The position numbers and the translations under genes were made by a program. From Octopus sinensis (Eukaryota), in contig NC_043011.1 in assembly GCF_006345805.1 (NCBI RefSeq), forward strand, positions 63,128,464-63,192,463: DNA of 64,000 nucleotides. The letters are read 5' to 3'. The stretch's first letter is position 1. The number at the start of each line of letters is the position of its first letter. Shown here in pieces: positions 54,901 through 64,000 of the stretch. The notes beneath the pieces are model-generated. The model did not search any database. It saw nothing but the letters and a program-made list of their open reading frames with translations, and had not been told where the DNA came from.

Positions 54901-56001
54901 CACACGAAATGAAACACACAGACACAAATTTTACACCTTACTACTAAGTATTTTGACGTTTGTCTCCCTCACACGCACAATCACACTTACACACACACAG
55001 GCACTAATGCAGTTATATACCACACTCATACACATACACAAAAAATCACACTCATTAACACAGGCACACACCCGCACATCCCCATACATACAGCATACAT
55101 AGTGTCCCCTACCTTTTTTAATACTTCCTCCTTCTACCCATTTTTAACGTCATTGCTTATAACGGATTATTTAAAAAACACACTCATTATCACTTTGGTC
55201 ACCATGTAGGCAATCATCAAAAACTTTTGTTCATCTTGTGGCTGAAAGAGGCTCCTTTTCTTTCCTGATGAGAAGATGGCATAATACACCCTTTTTTCAT
55301 TCGGAATTAAAATTATGCCCTCTTCGAAACATGTGTCAATAGTAAAGGAATTTTGTTAAAATCTTCGTTCGATTCCATTCTTTCATTTATTTATATATAT
55401 ATATATATATATGACTCCACACATACACAGACACATACACACAGAGACACACACACTCTCACACGCGCACGCTCATAAACACAATCAAATAAAGAGATAC
55501 ACACATGTCAGAAAGTAGCAAAACTATTCCGATATTATTTTGTTTTTCAGTCGTGTGAGAATGTGGGACCAGTGCTTCGTTGGCGTATCCAAATATTGTT
55601 CTTTCGTGTTCCAGACAGTGATGAGAGTGATGTGCATCGGTAAGTTTTATGCGATTTTATATTTCGTAAATCCTTGTCTTTGAAGATATAATCTTTTTGC
55701 CTAACTTCAGAATACTAAATTAAAATATAGCAACCGAGAGTTTGGATCAAACCCTCCTGTATTGGTACACATAACCGCTTAAATATACGCCACAGACACA
55801 TCTCTTACATTACTGTATATTTATCATTTATTGTAGTAACGAAGTTCTCATCTTACTAATAATACACTATGTCACTGCTATGCATTCTATACTTTTCTTA
55901 TGATAGTGAATTATAATCGTCAAACCAAAACAGTTTTAGAATAACACTAAGTAAAATAGGTTGTATAATTTCGATCCCACTTCTTTCTCTTTACAGATTG
56001 A
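45660..56001 (+). CDS. Secreted 6-Cys peptide precursor, copy 6 (83 aa from first ATG): join 45660-45717, 47934-48033, 55551-55639, 55997-56001; exon 3 encodes [30 protein letters not shown]
   Basis: Intact splice sites and frame; same 12-nt start duplication as copy 4; 7.5-kb intron 2; AATAAA 56044-56049. Confidence 0.78.
49301..49560 (-). mobile_element. PLE-type terminal segment ending in a hammerhead, next to (TA)n
   Basis: U6-specific sequence with a hammerhead at its minus-strand 3' end; the PLE assignment is by association only. Confidence 0.5.
49317..49367 (-). ncRNA. Compact type I hammerhead ribozyme
   Basis: AGCUUC-CUGAUGA-UUUCCUUUGAAU-GAAA-CAG-UUCUAGUC-CUG-UA-GAAGCU: 6-bp helix I, 4-bp helix III, intact core, GUA cleavage between 49323 and 49322. 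Confidence 0.8.
50412..54786 (-). mobile_element. Decayed CR1-clade LINE with most of ORF1 (tandem CCCH-like fingers), APE endonuclease and RT
   Basis: EN: [38 protein letters not shown]: [41 protein letters not shown]. Multiple stops and frameshifts. Confidence 0.92.
54787..55390 (+). mobile_element. 3' part of the same PLE remnant as 42775-43410 (shared by U5 and U6)
   Basis: Colinear with the U5 sequence from cttcgaactt to ttcgttcga(c/t)tccattc; its 5' part is replaced by the LINE. Confidence 0.75.
55254..55348 (+). ncRNA. Type I hammerhead-like fold, paralogue of 43268-43362
   Basis: CUGAUGA 55265-71, long helix II, GAAA 55326-29, ACAUGUGUC; helix I weaker (3 mismatches). Confidence 0.45.
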
Positions 56002-56357
56002 AATCATCTATTTTGTACCCACTTCGATGATCGGTTTCCAATCAATAAATAGGAATATAGATTTGACACCGAAAAAATTTGAAAAGGAGAAAAAAGGTTT
56101 ATGTAAATAAATGTATTTATGAGCATCGTATCGTTTGGTTGTTTTTTCGTATTTGTAGATCATTGAACGAAGGATCTATAAGCAAAACCAGATGATAAAC
56201 AAGCTGTACTACACAATAAAAGGTGCCTTTATTTCTGCTCTTCCTACATGCAAGGAGATAGGCATACATCCATAAGGACAGGTGCCACTCGGCCCGTTCC
56301 TGTTTTCGTAATCAATTGTTCGGTGGGGAGAGGAATGGCTGTTGTGGCCGATGAAGG

Positions 56358-56413
<56 letters not shown>

Positions 56414-57152
56414 AGCTGCTGTTTCTTCTACTGCTGCTGCTGTTGCTACCATTGTTGTTGATGAGGTTCCGAACTGACAGAATCTATTTGTCCTTCTCTT
56501 TTTCTTCTTCTTCTTCCCCCCCATCTTTAGCTTTTATTATCATTGAATCTAGAAATTCTAGAAAGCAATGTATTAACGGCATTGTTAACACCAATGGCAT
56601 TTAGATGCAATTCTCCAACGATATTTCATTTAAATAATCGTTTTGTCTACGTTGCTGGATATTCAATGCATATTAACAACGTAATATATATAGCAATAGC
56701 GATATAAAACCTAATTTTGTCGGTGGCAACACGAATCCATTTACAATTTCTTCAAAGAAATGATGGTAGTTTCATGTGTAGCTTTTAAATGTATCAGTAT
56801 AAAAAATAAATTTCAATTGAAACAACCTTTTTATAATGTGGCAATATTCCCGCATTGTAACGTTGCAGTTAATGTGGATTAAAATAGATTTCTTTGTCGA
56901 TTCAGTTTTATATATGCACCATAATAATTAGAACATCCAAGAGATACCGATAAATGGTTCACGATACCTGAAACGCACAATATAATTCATAACATCTATT
57001 TTAAATTCTTTGTGTTTGATTATAGTGTTATAATGAAAAACATTGATGTCTCTCGATCCATTTTCAACGATGTACTCTGTCCTTTGTTAATTCTTACATA
57101 TCTTCATGAATAACTGAAAGAAGAACAAGAAACGATCTTACAGTGATACTAT

Positions 57153-57388
57153 TATCTGTTTCTTTATTACCCACAACGGGCTAAACACAGAGAGGACAAA
57201 CAAGAACAGACAAACGGATTAATTCGATTACATAGACCCAAGTGCGTAACTGGTACTTATTTAATCGACCCCAAAATGATGTAAGGCAAAGTCGACCTCG
57301 GCGGAATCTTAACTCAGGACTTAACGGTAGACGAAATACCGCTAAGCATTTCGTCCGGCGTGCTAACGTTTCTGCCAGATCGCCGCCT
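57153..57388 (-). mobile_element. tRNA-derived SINE
   Basis: Minus strand aggcggcgatctggcagaaacgttagc (A box), gagttaagattccgccgaggtcgac (B-box-like), aataagtaccagttacgcac. Confidence 0.85.
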
Positions 57389-57847
57389 GTTTTCTTCTTC
57401 AATTCACTTTTATGAGTGTACATCTGCTTTTACGAATTTGAATATTACCTCATATATTTGTTCATTTCATAATATCTAGAAAAAGTGTGCATGTTAAGAT
57501 TTTCTTGAGGTTATAAACCACAGTTCTTGAGTCTGTTAATTGTTGGTCAACACAGCATATTTCTAATTTATTTCTAACCTGAAATTTGACTTGTATATTA
57601 AATTAAATCTATTTGTGAACCAGGATTAAAATATTTAACAGTGATTAATGTTTTAAGTGGTTCCTCATTGCATATTTATCGGTCATTCTCGCACAATAAC
57701 CGAGGGACGTCCTGTTGTATCTATGTTGGAGATAGTGACAATTATAGAATTCTCTGGATTCTGAATATATTAGTATTGTATTACAGAAAACAGACACACT
57801 AACACTCCAACCACGCGCATACACAACCTTCCTACTGTTATTGCTGC

Positions 57848-57873
57848 TAATGATGAAGATGATGATGATGATG

Positions 57874-57922
<49 letters not shown>

Positions 57923-58016
57923 GAATAATAAGAAGAAGAAGAAGAGAAGAAGAAGAAGAAGAAGAAGAAGAAGAAGAAGAAGAAGAAGAAGAAGAAGAAG
58001 AAGAAGAAGAAGAGGA
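57848..58016. repeat. (GAT)n(AAT)n(GAA)n compound microsatellite
   Basis: Direct inspection. Confidence 0.95.
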
Positions 58017-58419
58017 ATTGTAATCGGTAGATTAAAGGAAACAGAAATGAGAGAATTTATTTGGAAAGTGTTCGAAAAAAGTACAAACTTCCTCGAAAAA
58101 TAACTAAATGTTGGAAGTAATATCAATGGAAAAAAATTATGGGATATGCTAGTATTGAGATAAATTGTTACCTTTGGAAAATGGACAGAGACAGAGATGC
58201 AGAACATAGACTGAACAATGAAGCTGCTCAAAATGCGTAACGGGCATCTCATTAAAAGTAATACCTACAAACTGGAACTACTAAAAATGAGGCAAGGTTT
58301 TACTAAAAGTGGAGGACATAATTAGTCAGGAATTTGGGTGTTTGAAAAATTATGGTGTGTTCAGTGAAAAAGGAATTCAGTCGGCAGCTAGAAATGTCCA
58401 AAATGTCATTGAAACAGGA

Positions 58420-58900
58420 GGATAATTGAAGAAAAGAAAGAAGAATAACAGAACAAGTAAATACAGATTTGGTGTAAAGCCAAATCATGCATCAAACCGA
58501 GGATATTCCACTTTAAGAAAGGCTTCTTCAGAGTGACATATCACAACCTGTAACGAGTAGACTAAAATGGTGATGGCTAAGTCTGCTAAAACCCAGAGAG
58601 AAAACTTAGTATCTGCAAGAAATGAGATGTAAACGTTAACCATCTTTGAGTGAATGTAGCAAGGTACCATAAAACATTTGAAGCGCTGGTAAGACTGATA
58701 CAGCGTGTGTACTGATCTATTGACCGAGAATGAGGTTTGAAATTAGAGGAGAAAAATAGTATGAAGGTGAACCAAAGGCTGTTGCAGAAAATAATAATTA
58801 CTGGATTTATTGGACTTCCTCGTATTAACTGGACGTACTATCGACGCAAGGAGACCAGATATGATTATAGGAGGAAGAAAGGAAGAAAGTTCAGCTATTA
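58420..58900 (+). mobile_element. Highly decayed RLE-type non-LTR retrotransposon fragment (R4/Dong-like)
   Basis: 58605-58670 reads ICKK*DVNVNHL-SECSK (CCHC knuckle remnant); 58807-58890 reads LLDFLVLTGRTIDARRPDMIIGGRKEE, matching the WDF.I.TD..I.ARRPD restriction-like endonuclease motif. Confidence 0.6.
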
Positions 58901-60347
58901 ATTAGTGAGATATTTTCCATAAACTCGCAACTAACTGATAAATAGTTGTTATCAAGGAATTATTTAAGCCAGTTAGCATACACGTAAAATCGTTTTTTAA
59001 TTCAATGGAAGTAGAGACTGCTGCCGTAGTCTTTTACGATATAACAAGATTATACTTGATATTGGAACATATTTTATAGCATTAATATTGAAGTATTAAT
59101 CAATGATTTTCAACGATTCTTTATGGTTTCCTACAATCATTATCCATGATCGTTTTGCCACATGGATATTTCCCTTCTAACATTTAAACACATAAAGGGC
59201 AAAATTAATTTTATTGGCTGACGCATTGACTTAATAATATCGTGAAGGTATTATTTGTTTTCATTAAAATGTTTGAGCCTTTATTATTTTTGACGTATTT
59301 ATTATTTTAGACATTTTGCAGAATTAAGTATTGTACATTTTCCTATATATATTCGATGAATTCATTGTCTGGGATTTTATAATTTTTACGAGGTAATATC
59401 TTAACATTCACGTAGTCGGTAGATTTAATAATAAGTGATTTATTTGTCTAAAATTTAAGATTATCTTCGGAATAATTCTTATCTCAGTTCTCCGTTTGAG
59501 AAAGACAGATTATGAGGAACGGAGTCCAACTACTGCAGTTGAACCAAGTATAACCGAACTAATATTCTAACACCACGATTGAACTATGTAATATATATTT
59601 AACACTAATACAACATTGCAATATTTCTATATTATAATCTACTGTTGCAAAATTCATATAATACCTATATAACATCATATTTCTAGAAATACGTGACCAT
59701 TTCCATATTTGAGTGCCACTTAATTAGGAGACGAATGTTATTCCAAGACTCCGTAATCACTATCAAACTTTCTCAATGTCGATCGAATAGAAAATCTGTT
59801 TTTGATATTATTTCATTAGTTTGTAATAAAACTATATTATCATTAATGTAATAATTTTGTTAAATTCAATTGTAATAATAAAAAAAAAAGATCTATTGTT
59901 ACTATCATAGCAGGGAATACCTAATTTTGATAGTAAGGAGTATCATTAAAATACTACGATACACACAGAGGAGTATAATTATTCATGCTATATCGAATTA
60001 GCAATAGAGGAGTAATGCAATTTTTTACTTAACTACCAGAAAAGTTATAACCACTGCAAAACACATCGCCAGTCAGACATCAACATCAATACGGTAGACG
60101 TTGCTGAATGACATTGAATTCTCTTCGATACAAGTTTCAATAAATTTAATGACAACGTTTCTTTAAAAATTGGATTTGAATCAAATCCTTAGCCACTCTT
60201 GAATGTGTCATGTTAGGAATTCATAGGCTTACATGTCTACATATAGCGGTAGATATGCACATCATCATAAACAGATGAAATTATTGCGATAATCTCTATC
60301 GCTCTCTCTGTCTCTCCCGCTGTCTGTCTCCCCATATACATACATAA

Positions 60348-60420
<73 letters not shown>

Positions 60421-60426
60421 TATATG

Positions 60427-60513
<87 letters not shown>

Positions 60514-60515
<2 letters not shown>

Positions 60516-60636
60516 GCGTATAAGAAGGGATGACCTCTAAGTGAACATCCAGTATGCTAGAAATAGATCACCTATGTAGGTGATCTATTTCTAGCATATT
60601 GGATGTCTACTTAGTGTTACCCCTTCTTATACGCAT
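60514..60636. repeat. Imperfect 123-bp palindrome heading a ~230-bp insertion in (TA)n (to ~60745)
   Basis: atgcgtataagaaggg...tatgctagaaatagatcaccta / taggtgatctatttctagcata...cccttcttatacgcat; 2-nt loop. Confidence 0.9.
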
Positions 60637-60741
60637 GTAATACAATTTTTCTGAATTTTCGGATTTTTCTATATGCCAGATCACTGATTTTAATTTGATG
60701 TTGATTAAATTAATATTCAACTTATTACCCTTATTATTAAC

Positions 60742-60850
<109 letters not shown>

Positions 60851-60854
60851 ATAT

Positions 60855-60975
<121 letters not shown>

Positions 60976-60979
60976 CACA

Positions 60980-61058
<79 letters not shown>

Positions 61059-61446
61059 ACACGCATATATATATTTCGTTTTGGGGTTTGGTTTGCAAGA
61101 TTTTTTATATGAGTTCGTGTGTTGAAGCATATTCTGTTGTGTCTGAGGAGAGTTGTGTTCTTGAGCAAAACACTTCATCTGACGTTGCTATGCGTTCAGA
61201 TCGACATCTGATGCTTGAAACACCCTGCACCCATTTGGACAACGTCCGATTTGTTGGAGAGATTGAACTATTGTGCAGCACGAACATTTGATCGCAATGA
61301 ATAAATCAGTTGTGTGGGTCGTTTGGCAAAATATGAACTCATCGTCTTCGACGGGAGGGTTCATGATGCACACACACACACACGAGCATACTCATCCACA
61401 CACGTACACGCATATATAGAAACATTATTATCATTATTACTATTAA

Positions 61447-61650
61447 AGAGGCGAAATGCCAGAATCGATAGCATGCCGGGCAAAATGCCACGAGGTATTT
61501 CGCTTGTCGCTATGTTCCAAGTTCAAATTCTTCTGAGATCGATTTTTCCTTTCATCCTTTGAAGGTCGATTAAATAAGTACCAGTTACGCATTGGGATCG
61601 ATGTAATCAACTAAATCCCTTACCCCAAATTTGAGGCCTTGCGCTTCCAG
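61447..61650 (+). mobile_element. Decayed tRNA-derived SINE (further fragments at ~61150-61320 and ~62112-62190)
   Basis: gaggcgaaatgccagaatcgatagc ... caagttcaaattc ... aaataagtaccagttacgc. Confidence 0.7.
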
Positions 61651-62649
61651 CACAACAGGTTATTATTACTTTTACAAGACGAGAAGTTAGAATAACTTGA
61701 AAGTTTTGTCTCGCAAACCTACATCAGACAGTCTAACGAAGGCTACCAAGCAGAAAGAGTGGAGTCAGTTCTAAATAACTTCTTGTGACACTACAATATA
61801 TATACTCTAGAAACAATACTCTACAAAAACTATATCTCTTCATAATACATACGCATGCGTCTGGGTGCGTATATGAGTGTGTATTTACATAAGGCGGTAT
61901 GTAGCTACAAATATTTTGTCCCTTCTATTTTTAATATTTGTCAAATTGACGACGATGTCAACTTATATCTAATATTCACATGCTGTTCTGAGGAATTTAA
62001 AACTGCAGAGAATTTCGATTTTAGATAAAGTCGAATATGTTCTCAGTGAATTCGTCAAGACTAGCAGTTCGTATGAAAATCTTTGTTATTATATATTGGT
62101 TTAACATTTCAAGTCGTACTTATTTGATCGAACCCGAAGGGACGAAAGGCAAAATCGACCTCAGTAGAATTTGAATTCAGAACATGGTGATGGTGAGATT
62201 TTCGCAGCTCGCCTCCTCTCTTGGTGTTATTATATCGTATTATATCTTTTAAACATCTAAAGAGTGTTTATTTATTTACATCTATGTGTATCTGCAATAT
62301 AGTAAAGTTGTAGGCAGATATTAATTTCAGAAGTGAACCTCATAATGTGGGTTTGGTGTTGGTTCTGTACTTCTATTAAAGATGATGTAACCTAAAATTT
62401 GTGTGCAGCTGCACTCTTTGATATCGAGAGAGAGAAAGAGGTGAGAGAGAGAGAGAGAGAGAGAGCATTTCTATGGAAAAGAAATGCTGAACCTGGTGTC
62501 ATGTGAGCGTGTGCTTCTATGTTTGCGTTATCGTTTCAATCATTAAAGTCTTTCAAGATGTTGATGAATCTCTTACTTCTCTCAGTATCTTTTACAGTTC
62601 TCTGCTAAACAGTTTCTCGTATTTGTTTTCAGAATATCCATCATCATCC

Positions 62650-63250
62650 TCCTCATCATCATCGTTTAACGTCCGTTCTCCATGCTAGCATGGGTTGGAC
62701 GGTTCGACCGGGGATCTGGGAAGCCAGAAGGCTGCACCAGGCTCCAGTCTGATTTGGCAGTGTTTCTACAGCTGGATGCCCTTCCTAACGCCAACCACTC
62801 CGTGAGTGTAGTGGGTGCCTTTTACGTGCCACCTGCACAGGTGCCAGGCGAGGCTGGCAACGGCCACGGTCGGATTGGTGCTTTTTACGTACCACCGGCA
62901 CGGAAGCCAGTCGAGGCGACGCTGGCATCGGCCACGATTCGGATAGCGCTTTTTACGTACCACCAGTCCAGGGGTCCTGGCAACTGCCGGGTGCCAGTCA
63001 TAGGATTGGTTCAATTTCGATTCCGATTTCGATTTCACTTGCCCTAACAGGTCTTCCCAAGCAGAGAAGGGGGGTTAGCATGGGTGCCTGTCGTCGGATG
63101 AGGTTCGATTTCGACTTCGCTTGCCTCAACAGGTATTTGTGTGTCCAAGGGAGGAAAGACATGCATAAGTGGTCTGGGCTCACTTGTCCTGTCTGGTCTT
63201 CTCACGCACAGCATATTTCCAACGGTCTCGGTCGCTGGTCATTGCCTCGG
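62650..63250 (-). mobile_element. SINE-like interspersed repeat with internal gccac/tttacgt subrepeats
   Basis: Contains ggatgcccttcctaacgccaacc (a conserved SINE-body-like motif) and a (CAT)n end; family recalled from cephalopod repeats, not verified. Confidence 0.55.
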
Positions 63251-64000
63251 TGTTATATAATTTTCGATCGATGGCAACTTTTTGACTACACTGGACGATT
63301 TGTCCTAAAACGATGATTCAACCATGATATCTTTAACATTCTCAGTTCTATCATTATAAATATTGCTAGTCATTTCAAATAACAAATTCACTGAAGGCAT
63401 TAGAGTAATACCATGCAGCAAGTTATTCCACTGCTCATGAGTTTCATTAGAATTGATATTGAACCTAGTTTCACTGGAATATTTCCTACTTCCGTGTGAT
63501 CACGTCGATTGATAGTAATTGATAGCGGTTCGGTGTAAAGTGCTACATTAATGGGCAAAAGAATTCAGTACATTCTCTGTAATGATAAAACTACCTAGAT
63601 ATACACACATAATCATTCGAATGATGTGCGTAAAATATAAACGCGTACAGCAACATGTATGATATAATACATACGAATTACTAGCATAAATTATAGAAGG
63701 CAGTGCTACAGTGTCTGAATTGCTATTGCAACTGAGAAACACAAAAGGTATTATTTCCCAAGGTATACTCCTAATTACGATGTGAATAGATTAACTCAGA
63801 CACACACCTACACACAGCATTATAACTGCTTATATAGTGAGTTTCTGCACACGCTTTTAACTATAGGAATGTGTCTACTTAATCCATATATTGAGCAAAC
63901 AAATCTTGGAAGACCTGACAATAGGTCAGGTGCGTAATCGATTCTTGTATCAATAGATTTGTAAAATGTACAGTGGAGGGGCATTTAGTAATTTGATAAG

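Noticed and set aside
58900-60330. AT-rich unique sequence checked for downstream exons of the peptide gene
   Set aside because: No convincing acceptor-ORF-donor unit found by eye; each unit already has a stop and a poly(A) signal.

Overview
AT-rich, microsatellite-dense eukaryotic DNA. The tRNA-derived SINE families suggest Octopus (inference). About 86% of the window (1979-56959) is a complete head-to-tail array of six units of 6.2-11.5 kb, with both array boundaries visible. Each unit carries a spliced 4-exon plus-strand gene that the ORF track misses. It encodes a 79-83 aa precursor with a signal peptide and a ~59-aa mature peptide with six invariant Cys (C-x7-C-x16-C-x8-C-x7-C-x11-C), which I cannot assign to a known family. 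All six copies are open with canonical splice sites, and substitutions are mostly non-synonymous. The units differ in length mainly because (TA)n tracts in the introns have repeatedly captured mobile elements: three CR1-clade LINEs (one with a near-intact ORF2), SINEs, a non-autonomous Helitron, a perfect palindrome, and several Penelope-like (PLE) remnants. The PLE remnants carry six type I hammerhead ribozyme folds, three of them sense-oriented 200-310 nt upstream of exon 3 in units 4, 5 and 6. Flanks contain SINEs, a decayed RLE-type retrotransposon fragment and another hairpin element. Nearly all ORF-track entries other than the LINE ORFs are microsatellite translations. All alignments and folds were done by eye.
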